Source: Ophelia neglecta (taxonomy: Eukaryota). Taken from it: DNA of 64,000 nucleotides. Positions 1 to 11,881 of this stretch are shown here, in pieces. Location of the stretch: the NCBI GenBank assembly GCA_965285935.1, contig OZ260661.1:47244001-47308000 (forward strand). Direction: 5' to 3'. The notes beneath the pieces are model-generated. The model made no database searches. It was not told where the DNA came from and was given only the letters and a program-made list of their open reading frames with translations. Both the position numbers and the translations under genes were made by a program. Position 1 is the stretch's first letter; each line of letters opens with the position of its first letter.

Positions 1-208
1 AAAGTGGATGGTGGGGGTCCAAAGAATAAGCAGGGTCTCTGATAGGGGGGGGGGGGGGGGTCAGTGATTTAGCGCAGTCTCTGATGGGGGAGGGGCCTCA
101 TAAAATTTCACTGACACTTGAGCAGGAATTTGTGCCCCCCCCCCTCCATAGTAAATGACCATACCCTAATATCCAATGTTCTAAGAGAGAGAATGAGTTT
201 TGTGCTGG

Positions 209-3200
209 ATGAGTCTGAAGTTGGGACAGGTAATCTAGTTGGAATTGTTCTTCAATTTATGTCATTTAGAGTGAATTTGAAGGTGCTATGTATTAACATT
301 GTAGGATGAAGATGAGTTCGACTTTGAAGACTTGTCAGCTGGTAACACAAATGCAACCTCCATCACAACCACTCCTCAGCCAAGTAGTGGTGTTCCTTCA
401 GTGTCTGTCACCACTGGTGGAGGGAAAACCAACACACAGTCAGTGGTTGTTGAAAGATCAGCAGATTTGGTACGAAAAAAATATCATTCAATGCTTGATA
501 CTAGTGTTTGCAGTAATGAAGGCAATATGACAATTAATAATTAAAGTAAATATGCATAATAAATCAACCTATATACTTGTTTAAAATCAATTTTCAGGAC
601 AAAATTGGTATTTTATTTCCATGCCCAAACATACTTGATGAACAAGTATTGTATATATTGCTACAGAGGAATTAAGCACATATAGGTGATGGTTTTCTGC
701 AAGTCGTGGAGATGTTACCTTTTGGATCTAGTAACATTACTTGTATTTGGTTCTTATTTTTGTATATTCTTAAATATATTGATTCCTGACAGTATGATTT
801 TGTATATTATCACCTGACTGTGTAAGACTCCTTATAACAAGCCAATTGTTGATTCTTCCACTATATAAGATGTCTACAGTGCAATATTTTATGGTTTATT
901 TCAGAAGGACATAGAATTTGATCTCAACTCATCAGTGGACACTGGAGTCAACGTAGCGAGTCAGGGCATTAAAACAGAAGCAGATATTACCTCAACGCCT
1001 AGTTCAAAATCAGTTGAAAGGGAAGAGGCTCATTCAGAGAGAACTGTTAACTCTTGTTCAAAACACAACAGCCAGGTTTGTCGCCCAATACTTATTCTTA
1101 AAGAAAAATGCTGAGTTTGTACATTTACATGTTATCAGTTAACATATGCCATACGGTCAAATGATTATACCACATCCCAATGCTATCAGAGGTTAAAAGT
1201 CTCAGTATAGTTTTGTAAATTCATACTTATAGACTGAACAACATACCTCTGAGAACACTGAGTCTCAAAGTATTGATGGGACAAAGCCAAAAACAACTTC
1301 AAAAATAAAAGGGGTCGTCAGTGAGCCACCAACCACTACTGAGTCTGGTAAGAAATAATCTACACATTCATATTTAAAATAGGAAAAAATATAGGCAAAT
1401 GATTTCAAATAACAAATTATATTGACCAAAGAGAACATTATTGAACATAACCAAGAGCCCTTATTTTTACATAATTAGGGAATTGTTGGCAAATTTAACA
1501 ATTTTTCTGTATATTATGAGTGAAGTCAAACAAAATGAAAGTGTTCACCATTTTGGTATTTTCAATGTTTGAGGTTGATCTGAGACTTTTTCACCTGTAA
1601 ATCAAGGCAAGTTCTGATTTTGTGAACATTCCTGCTAGAAATGGTTCTAGCTAGGATTCTATATGCCCCAGTGTATAGTATGTTTATTTCTGGATTTTAG
1701 TTCCTGAGAAAACTGAGTCTGTGAAGGCAGCTGAGGCAGAATGGGCTCTGGTTCAAGAAGTGACCCCAGGTACCATTGGCTGTATATGAATATCTGTTAA
1801 TGATCACATGTTTTATTATTGCAGTTACATGTACATGTAACTGGCATGTATGACTTATTGTCTTTTTTGACTAGATCTACTTACAAATTTTGAATATCAT
1901 ACTAATTTAGATATTTTAAAATAGATAGCTATAATGTTAATGAATTTGTAACCCCTACAGATATGAGCCACGAGGAAGGAATGAGCATGGCAGGTAAAAC
2001 ATAGATCAATATATATCTTTAAAATTAGTTAAAAATGGGCACGCACTAAGGCTAAGGACTGGCAGGAGGGCTTCACCAGTGATTGAGGCCTTTTAACTTA
2101 ATAAACAAGTCTCTGTCCGAGTCTGTTAGATCCTTTGATTTGTAGCCCATTGAGAACTAAGTTGTTGCTCATTTACGGATGTAGGTCCCTAGTGTTCGGT
2201 AGGACACATTGGAGCTCTATGTCAGTGTAGTTTCTGTCTGACGCCTTGACTTAGGGAGGTAGGGTTGTACCGGTATCTCCAGTGCCAAGGGCTTTGCCAA
2301 GCTTGGTGTATAAAAGGAAATTTCGGGCTCGGCATCATCTTGTACAATGTATATGTGATAGATGTCCGTTTTTTAATACTTTTAAAATTGGATTTTCTGG
2401 CCTAATTCCACATTTAAGTGCTGAATAATTATGAAGAATAATATTGGCAATAGTATACGACTTACAAGACCTGCTCAAACATAAGCTTCTCTGTCTTCAG
2501 TAACAATTTTGCCAAATTTCTCGATTTCAGATTAGTATGTATAATATTAAAAAGGGAATGTAGTTGTAATAAGGGTGATATAGTTCTCAAGAATGTTTAT
2601 GATACCTATTGCAGCTCCAAAAAGACCAGCCAACTTTGGAACCACACCATTTCTCTCATACAGAGAGCTATTGGAGTATGTCCGGAATTGTGACATGAGT
2701 CCTTATAAGGTAGATGTCTGGAAGAAAAAAATTATAAAAAACAATGTCAACAATTAAGCAGCATTGTGTGAAGCATATACTTCATAACCTCATCTTTCCT
2801 GCAAATTGTTAGATATGCAGTGAAACCTGTAAATTAAGACCACCAAAGGGACTGGGGAATACTGGTCTGATTTTGGAGATGGTCTGTTTAGACAGGTTAT
2901 TTAACATTAAAAGTTTACAGCACGATCCTCATATTGGTGGTCTGAATTGATAGGTGGTCTGATAATAGAGGTGGTCGTTAAGGCAGGTTTCACTGTAGCA
3001 TGAATATGTAGATGTAGGTGATGAGCTATACATTCCTTCTCAATTCTCTTATTTTCCAGAGCCAAATAAAAGTATCTGTGCCAAGAAAAGGTTTTGCTGG
3101 ACTTCTTCACAATTTGTTTGGCACCAAGCTGAACAAAAGTCTTCACAGTGACAGAGATCTCATATTTTGTGTTGCTGCATGTTAGTATTTTCATTTATGT

Positions 3201-4679
3201 TTGAAACTATATTGTAATGGAAAAAGAGTTTCACTCAAATTTTAAACTTCCTTTTTTGCAAAAAAAAACACTTGGCAGGTTTTTAATTTCATCCCAAATA
3301 TAGCCCATATATATACATGCAAAAACAATATTCACCAGTTTAAATTTGCTTACGAATGCTTGTTCAAGAAATTCCCAAATTTAAACCTTCACATTTTGGG
3401 CTTACCTTACAACATCTTTGAAAATATGATTTTTTTTACAGATCCATTTGTTAATGAGGAACCAATTCACATTCAAGCATTACAAAGTATATATCGTAGA
3501 CTGACAGGCTCCAAGTTTGATTGCCCTAGGTTTGGTGGCCATTGGGAACAAATTGGATTTCAAGGTAAAAGCTCTCTTCATTTGGTATATCTTCAAAGGG
3601 GTGAGTTTGGCATGTGCGAAATGATTTTTCTAAAAAAAAAAAATAAAAAAAAAAAGTTTGGCATGTGCGAAATGTGGAATAAATGAAACTGAGGTTAAAA
3701 CAAAGTGAATAACCACATTTGGATTATCAGGACTTCACATTATGTGGTGAAGTATTAAAACAGATTGGCGTTGAGTGTCCGTCCACACACATGTACCTGT
3801 TATGCTATATCTATCACTTATATGCACTGCTTATTTATCTCCCATGTATGTCAGTAAGGAGTTCATAAACAAACTATAAAACCCTTATATTTCGCAAGCT
3901 CCTTGAATTTCACCAGCACTCTCAAAAGAACAAAATTAAAAAGCTAGAAAAAATAAAAGGTGCAGTGAAGACTTATGAATGATGCCTCTAAAATTCATAT
4001 TTAAAGGATATTAAAAGATTTTCTCCTTAATCATGAACAGTAAGGGGCATGGAATTAACTGAAGTGTTTTATAGTAGACAGATGGTATACTGTAGACTAG
4101 AATATGTAAATCACAAGAAAAATTCATGACTTTGTAATTGGGCCTTATTTAGCACATTAAATATTCATGGATGAACACTATAGACTGTACCAATGAACTC
4201 CAGTTGCTGTCCTCCCAAATTTGTATATTCACACGGGAAATATTAACATATTTGGTGCAGTCATGAAATTTGTGAACATTTTCTGCTGATGAACAGTTTT
4301 GGGTTACAGTGTGGCTGATGTAATAATTTTGAGGATCAAATCTATTAGTTTATTGTCAATTAAATACCAGTACACACACAAGATGGTGATTTTGTTTTCC
4401 TTTCAGGAAATGACCCGTCAACAGATCTGCGGGGGTGTGGATTTCTTGGATTGTTCCATTTAATATATCTGTTGTCAGATCCAAAGTACCTGGCATTGGC
4501 TAAAGACATTTACAAACTTGCTCAACATGAAACTCAGGTTTGTATGCATAATTGATTCTGCAGAAGTCATAGTTAACAGTCCTTTATAGTAAATGTTTTA
4601 TTTATATGTTCATATTTATACATTGTATATGTATAATTATATCCGCGAAATGCGGATATTATGTTTTCAGTAGCGCCGC

Positions 4680-4739
<60 letters not shown>

Positions 4740-6862
4740 AGATTTTAGTCGTTAACGCGATAACTCAAAAACCATTACGTACATCTTTTTCAAATTCAAC
4801 ACAGCCATAGACCTTATTGAGAGGAGGAACTGATTAGATTCTGGTGAAAATCCAATAATTATTAATTAGTTAAAACAATTAATTAATTATGTTAGAAACA
4901 CATTTTCTGCAATAACACAAAAAATATTTGATACATCTTTTTCTTATTTAACACAGCCATAGACCTTATTGAGAGGAAGACCTGTATTTATTCTGGTGAA
5001 TTTCTGATAATTATTAATTAGTTAAAATAATTAATTAATTATGTCAAAAACACATTTTCTATCATATATTCCAAACTATAGATGATATTGGCTTGAAGTT
5101 TTGTGTCATGATTCATGTAATTACTACAGTGAAACCTGTGAATTAAGACCACCGAAGGGACTGGGAAATACTGGTCTGATTTCGGAGGTTGTCTGTTTAG
5201 ACAGGTTATTTAACATTGAAAGTATACATCATGGTTCTTATATAAGTGGTTTAAATAGGCAGGTGGTCTGATTATAGAGGTGGCCTTTAAGGCAGGTTTC
5301 ACTGTATATACAATCTGTGTAATAAATTAACTAGTTAACTTTATTAATGACCTGAAAAAAAATTAGTTAAGGTGGTTTTGTATTATTCCTGAGGTCATAT
5401 GGAACCAACTTTATTAATGGCCTGCCTTATTATTGAGGTTATATAGGAGCTACTACAATCTGTGTAACAAGTTAACTAGTACTGTGTAATAAGTTAACTA
5501 GTTAACTTTATTAGTGACCTGAAAAAAATTAGTTAAGGCAGTTTTTCATTATTATTGAGGTCATATGGAACCTACTACAATGTGTGTAATAAGTTAACTA
5601 GTTAACTTTATTAATGACCTGAAATTTTTTTAGTTAAGGTCGTTTTGCATTATTATTGAGATCTTATGGAACCTACAAATTAGTTCACTTTATTAATGAC
5701 CTGAAAAAAAATTAGTTAGGGTCGTTTTGCATTATTATTGAGGTCATATGACCCCAACTTTAAGAATGACCTGCATTATTATTGAGGTCAAATAGAACCT
5801 ACTACAATCTGTGTAATAAGTTAACTAGTACTGGGTAATAAGTTAACTAGTTTAACTTTATTAATGACCTGAACAAAATTTAGTTAAGGTCCTTATCTTT
5901 TGTGCCAACTAACAGCTACCATATTCACTACCTCCCCTTATGCCATGTTTCCCATTCGATTATTGCACGCATTCGCGGATATACCCCTTGCTGTCGGCCC
6001 CCCGACAGCGTTGGCCTAGTTTAAAAAAGAAATGTGATAAAAGAAATTTAACTTTTTTTACTTAAAGCGATACTTATAATTTATTGTTCATTATCATTTT
6101 AGAACTTTCCATTTTGTATCATGAGCATCAACATTACAAGAATTGCCATTCAGGCTTTAAGGGGAGACTGTCTGAACAAGTAGGTGTTTTCATTTTCTTC
6201 AAATTGTTGATGCAAAACAAGAAGCAAGTCTAAACATGAACAATACCTTTTATGTGCACATAATTCATTAACTAAACCAGTATTGAAATCAGGATAGTTC
6301 TAATTAATTAAAAATCATGACAAGGCACACCTATATATACATGTACATTTTGTGTAACCAGAGAGTGCAATAGAGCCAAGGATGTGCTGGGATTACTGAA
6401 CGAATTCTATGTTGCTGTATACTACAATCTATATACCACATGGAAATCAGGAAATAAAACCATAGCTGATACTGGATATGTTATGAGGGGTAGGTACATG
6501 TTCATGTATATCATACTGTGAAAATTGTATCTATGCCATTTCATCATCATGATTATAATCAGGGGGAATATCATCCATATTGATATTGATGGCCTGATAT
6601 AGAAAAGAATGTATTTAGTGATAATTGCAGCCATGGTGTGTATATGAAGTTTTTATCTTCAGATTTAGAAGCCTCTGTAAAGAAGAACCCGCGGATAGTG
6701 CTCAGAAATTTGGAGGGGTATTTGGAGCAGAAGCGTGGTGCGACAGGGGGAGGGGCAGTGGGCGAGACTGCTTTGGGGAGCAGTGGAACAGGAGGCACTG
6801 GGGCAGGTCAAGATCTCAAAATCACTACCTTTGGTGAAATGGAAAAAGGGCTACAGGAATAG
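209..6862 (+). CDS. ELMOD3: ELMO domain-containing protein 3 (ARL2 GAP family), 12 coding exons; start codon uncertain
   Basis: GT-AG exons with consistent phases: 209-229, 305-469, 905-1075, 1233-1347, 1701-1769, 1961-1993, 2615-2709, 3060-3180, 3442-3564, 4407-4537, 6103-6179, 6362-6489 and terminal 6663-6862 (13 if the tentative 209-229 exon is counted). ELMO motifs: IYRRLTGSKFDCPRFGGHWEQIGFQG|NDPSTDLRGCGFLGL and NFPFCIMSINITRIAIQALR. The N-terminal exons are low-complexity and less certain, and the gene may start upstream of the window. Confidence 0.88.
2030..2373. repeat. Dispersed repeat of unknown class; partial copies at ~9944-9980 and ~30510-30564
   Basis: The motif GCACTAAGGC.AAGGACTGGCAGGAG..C.TCACCAGTGA.TGAGGCCTTTT recurs, wholly or partly, at three unrelated intronic/intergenic sites. 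Boundaries are approximate. Confidence 0.55.
2818..2995. mobile_element. ~178-bp MITE, Tc1/mariner-pogo-like, TIR CAGTGAAACCTG
   Basis: Starts CAGTGAAACCTG and ends CAGGTTTCACTG-TA. Its interior is similar to the copy at 5127-5304. Confidence 0.85.
3604..3674 (+). mobile_element. Very short poly(A) insertion between 20-bp direct repeats (probable 5'-truncated retroposition scar)
   Basis: AGTTTGGCATGTGCGAAATG at 3604-3623 and 3655-3674 brackets ATTTTTCT plus an A-rich tail. Confidence 0.6.
4674..4739. repeat. (GCC)n microsatellite within the HINE-like element
   Basis: Directly visible, about 20 units. Confidence 0.95.
5127..5304. mobile_element. MITE with TIR CAGTGAAACCTG and TA TSD, nested in the HINE-like element
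   Basis: TA-CAGTGAAACCTG...CAGGTTTCACTG-TA. Confidence 0.9.
5309..5890. repeat. Degenerate AT-rich tandem array (units containing AAGTTAACTAGTTAACTTTATTAATGACCTG...TTATTGAGGTCATATGGAACC)
   Basis: The same motifs recur five or more times with variable unit length. Confidence 0.85.
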
Positions 6863-9047
6863 TAAGATTCTATTTATAAATGGGCTTGTCAGCACCTTGA
6901 AATAGCTAGTGCAATGTACTGAAGAAATGTTTCAGTTTCAACAAATATAATAATGCACATCAGTTTATTAAACTCACTGGTATAGTCAGTGCAGCAGCTA
7001 CAGTTTATCTCTTTTTATATATTTATCTTTTGCATGAAAGTCCATTCCAAAGAAATACTTTGATCATATCTTTTAATGTTGTTGTTAATGGGATGGAAAG
7101 TCCAAGTACTACATAGTGGTCATGTGTACGTACTGCACCTCCGTCATGTTTTAATGTAGTTTCCTCATGATATGCTTCTTGACTTTCTACTGCCACACAA
7201 ATATCTATTAGGTCTGATAGATAGAAAGGTGTATATTATACCGTTAACCATGGTTGACCAAATGTCATATCAGGGTTCAGTTATTAGTAATATTAAAATG
7301 CATAGATTGAAATGTCCAGTCCACGAAATTACCTTTTAAACATTAATTATAGTTTGCAGAACCGAAATGTGCCAACATTTAATTAACTCAGATCCCAATT
7401 AAGATGTAGTGGCTCAAAACTTGAAAATAGACTTTATGTTAAGTTATGGTGCTTCTATTTCTTCCCTTATAATTTATTTTTGTAAGCAATGCTTGGATCC
7501 CTGTCCTGCTTCTTTCCTCACTAGGCATAGCTAATAAAAAAGTGGAACTTAATATAGAAATGAGCCAAGAAAGATTACTTTTGCTATAATATATTCATTG
7601 CTTTATATATAAAGTTAGTTTCTTGTTTTACCATAATAAATCTTGGGTCATAAAGGCCTCTTGGTTGAAATACTATTTTCTTAATTGACCTAAATAAGTC
7701 AAGTCCATTGCATTGAGCATAATACAGAACTGTACTGAATGATTTGCACAACGATTATTTACATTGGTTACTTTCAGAACTAGGCTACTGTGATAGTAAA
7801 GGGTCATTCCATCATAGATTCTGGGCATTGAAACATTATAGTCATGACTTGTATTATTTTTATGTCTCATTTTGTAAACTGTAAGATTATAGTGTTATTA
7901 ATTTATATATTTGCTTTACCAGTATATCAAGATGTTAAGTGGTATGTGTGTTTATGGGGGAGGGGGGTCAGGGTTTGAGATGTTTTGTTGTTTTTCTGTG
8001 ATAATTATAAGCTGGTAGTTATTTTGTTTTATGAATTATTCATGTTCATATTCCGTCCAAATTTAGATCACTAAGGTAGAGTCAATTTTTATGTGCACCA
8101 CACATTTCCTATTTTCTGGAAGGTCTTTAATAAACAGCCTTAGCTGAGGTGGAAATTGTTCAGGTTCACTCCCACAGAGATGTCCATACCCACAAGTCTC
8201 TGACACCCACACCTAATCCTTGGTTCAAACCTGAAGCAGTGTGGGGTGATCTAAACATGCCAGACTCACAAGTAAGATAGTGAATATATCATATAACCCT
8301 CGATCATGACTGATGCACACCTGCATGCAGTCAAATGGACTTGTCACCTCAAGGTTTAGACTAAATAGCTCCTTGTGATAACCATGATTCTCACTGGAAA
8401 AGTGTGAAATGAGATTTAGACTTAGTTGAATCAGTGTGGGTGGAAAAACCTATATAGTTAATGACATTTTATACACTTTCCTTTTCAAAGAAAATCATTC
8501 CACATACACACTTGGGAATTACCCACAGCCAGGCGAATCACTTTTGATCACCTATGACACCACAGCTGTGTGACATTCTCTTTATCTACCTTACACTCAG
8601 TTGAATTGGACTGGAATAGACAGAAAGGAGTCCCTAACATAAGTATATTTGCGATTTTGATTCGTGCTTGTATCTCTATTAGTTGTATTGATGATTTAAT
8701 GGCTTAAGAGAAAATGCATAACACCTTGATACTGCGGAGTCAGCTTTAATGCTATATCCACAGATTGTTTACTGGGTTTCCCACCCAGGGTTGCCCTGCA
8801 CAATTTCCTCAAGTCCCCCTACAGTGGTCCCCAGAATGGTGTTTTGTAAGCATTGAAGACTTACACATAACAATGTTGGCTGAATGATATCATGAAATAC
8901 AAAATCAATATTTACTACATATATGTTTCACTAAGGCCCAGAAATGGTATAAGTATCTTTTCCATTTGTCTGTTTCATTTGTTATTTAATACTGCTTGAC
9001 TTCCATATCTCCCAAACCATTTGTACATCTTATGAAATACACAACTA

Positions 9048-9199
9048 CAGTGAAACCTGCCTAAACCACCACCTCTACAATCAGACCACTGTCAATTCAG
9101 ACCACTAACATATGAGTGTGATAATGTTGAATTTCAAGGTAAAAACATCTGTGTGAACAGACTGCTGCCATAGTCAGACCAGTATTTTCCAGTCCCTTG
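9048..9199. mobile_element. Partial inverted copy of the CAGTGAAACCTG MITE
   Basis: TA-CAGTGAAACCTGCC..ACCACC..CAGACCAGTATTTTCCAGTCCCTT matches the reverse complement of the 2818 and 5127 copies. One end is missing. Confidence 0.7.
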
Positions 9200-10197
9200 A
9201 TTCGAACTTACAACTTCCACTCTACCATATATATTGGTTATGTTTCTCTCTAACATATTTTCCATCCTATTTTTTCTATTGCTTGTAATTATTTTATACA
9301 TATGAGCCTCATTTTTCACAATTCCTGTCACTAATTTCATCAATATTAACACTTGGTTAAAAATGTATGTCACCTGATTATCCCTCCAATTGTGGCTTAA
9401 ATTATTTATGTCAATGATCAAATATTGCTCTGTTACTTGTTTAGGCAGCATACCCATTCACGTGTGGTGTACTGGCATACCCTGCCGACAATGGTACTGC
9501 AAGTAGTAGCAAATAACCTGAAAGTTTGGAGTAATGTATCAAAATGTATGAATTCTTTCATTGTTCTCTGTTATTGATAAAGCAAATATGTTAACTTGTT
9601 ATACATTCATACAAAAATGGCTTTGGCATTATACTGTTTGTGCCTGAACTAATCCATTGTCAAAGTGTTACATTTTGTCACTATCCAGGCATTGCTGTAA
9701 ACTGAGTAACATGTTCTGACAAACAGCCAAACTTTCAGGTCGCTGGAAATTGGCAATTTTCGATCTGCTACTCACCTTTACTAAAGGTAGTACTTTAGTA
9801 TGTAGGCAGGCGCATACAGGCACAACTCAATAACTTAAGGAATAATTTATTTACACTGTTGTTTCAAAGTATTGACCATGAGGTTATGTTTGTGTTGTAC
9901 ATGTCAGGAAAACCTTGAGTGTTTCAGTAATATAGTCTAAAAGCGGGCACTAAGGCAAAAGACTGGCAGGAGATCGTTCAGTAATATATTTATTATGAAG
10001 AATTCCACAGATTATTTTATGGCATTCACAATTTCTGTCGAAGTCATGTGCACCAAATTCTAATTTTAATGTGCAGCATATTTATTATATATATTAGGTA
10101 GTTGTTGTGGTTGAATTAGTAATGAAGACTATATCCCTACCATGGAAATAGCCAAGATAATGTACAACAACAATATGAAAGTTAAAATATTGATATA

Positions 10198-10376
10198 CAG
10201 TGGTCCATGCGATGTAGGGCTCCCCTGCGATGAATGGCCGCCTGCAATGGCAGGACAGTTTTTAAATTCCCATGTTCTATCTTTACCATACTAAAGTACC
10301 TCTGATGAAGGGCCACCTGCAATGTAGGGCCACTTTTCCTTGGATATAGGGTGGCCAGACATCCCAGGGACCACTG
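10198..10376. mobile_element. MITE with TIR CAGTGGTCC and TA TSD; related copy at 58954-59114
   Basis: TA-CAGTGGTCC...GGACCACTG-TA, with internal GGCCACCTGCAATGTAGGGCCACTTTTCCTTGGAT that reappears inverted at 58954-59114. Confidence 0.8.
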
Positions 10377-11881
10377 TATTCTTAATTTTCATGTACACGT
10401 GGATAGCTCTGTAGTCAGCCCAGGAATTTGCTGGAATGATTCTCACATTGTGTAGTCAGATTGTTTTTGCCACCATCATGCTTCAGAACTAGCCTAGCCT
10501 AGTTTGTTAAATTACTATATCATTAGCTAGGATTAATAATGGCTTGATTACTGTTTGGTGGGTACACTAGTATCGTCTTTGAGGTATACATATCATACAT
10601 GTTGTGTTCTGTATATTGTAGAAATTATTTATTAATTTCACGTTTATATTATCCACAATTGAGGTAAAAACAGAGCAACTTTGTGTTAACGGACCCATAA
10701 CCCAGTGATTCTACAATGAGAATGGACTGAAAAATTGTTATATGATTCAGATTGTTTGAATGATACAGATTATGGACTTTATATTATTACTTTGTAATTA
10801 CTTTGTGTTGTCTTTGTAAAAGAAGCTTACTTTTGATTATTAATCATTCAAATTAGAGGTGCCTGGTATAATCACAAAGTGAGTTTGTATTGTCTTTTTT
10901 ACGTGAACTAAATGCAAGCCTCAGTGAAATTATTGTAAGAACAGTGAGTATATTTTGGAGCATCTTTAGCCTTTGAAGCTTGTAATAAACATTTTGTGGA
11001 AAATCTTAGATCATTGTTACTCATTCTCAACCCTTTTTATCAAATAAATTGAAGAAGTTAGACTTGAAATAAGCCCAGATCTTCAAGACAATCATAGTAA
11101 TTTTTACCTTAAACTAAATCCAGGTTTAAAAGACTGCCCAGTGCATTGCTATTGTGGAAGGGTAAAACTATGAATAGAATTGAAATAAAACAACATTGCA
11201 TTTACAGAAAAGTCACCTGTCTGGATATGTAACAAATGGCCTCAACTAATTCAAGTTGGTTATTAAAGCAGGTCTTGTCCTGTGACCCATAAGTGTAAAA
11301 ATAACGATAAAAAAATAACACCTAAATAGATTATTAGTAAATTGCACAGCACTGAAACTGCATGGCAAATATTGATGACTGTATGGAATAAATCTTATAT
11401 TATGAGTTAGGGTAATTGAATGGCCAGGTTGTCCATTCACCCCTTTCTAAGAGAATTTGGTGAATTTTGTCATATTTTAGCATAATATCTATGTATAGGA
11501 GATACCCCCTATGACTCCTATATTATACTCCTCCCACAATTTTTCGTTGGAAAAAATAGTTGATCCCAAGGCGCCTGACTCAATGGGCGCACCCCCCCCC
11601 CCCCCCACAGACACACACTCTTGCATTATTGATGCATCAAATGGTTTTCCCTGGAGTGGGGGACACTGTCCTTACAGTTGTCCTTCAGGATATATTGGAT
11701 GGTATATTTATATCATAATTTGACCGCTTCAGTGCCTGTCCTCATGGGTCCCAGTAGTTTAGTGCTCACCGTACTTGCTTATAGCTGGGACACAAGAAAC
11801 AGTTTCTTGTGTCCCAGCTTATAGTAGTATGGTCTAGAACGAAACGAACTAGACAATCGTCGCTGTGACGAAAACAAAAAG

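Larger units (their letters stand above)
4637..6021 (+). mobile_element. HINE/DINE-1-like non-autonomous Helentron derivative
   Basis: 5' subterminal repeat TTATATCCGCG with an adjacent hairpin (TATCCGC-GAAAT-GCGGATA), a (GCC)n tract at ~4674-4739, ~152-bp core repeats, an AT-rich tandem array at ~5309-5890, a 3' subterminal CGCGGATATA, a 3' stem-loop GCTGTCGG-C-CCGACAGC-type hairpin and a CTAGTT end. Confidence 0.8.

Noticed and set aside
5309-5890. CRISPR-like array
   Set aside because: The units are degenerate tandem repeats without unique spacers, there are no cas genes, and the context is a eukaryotic intron.
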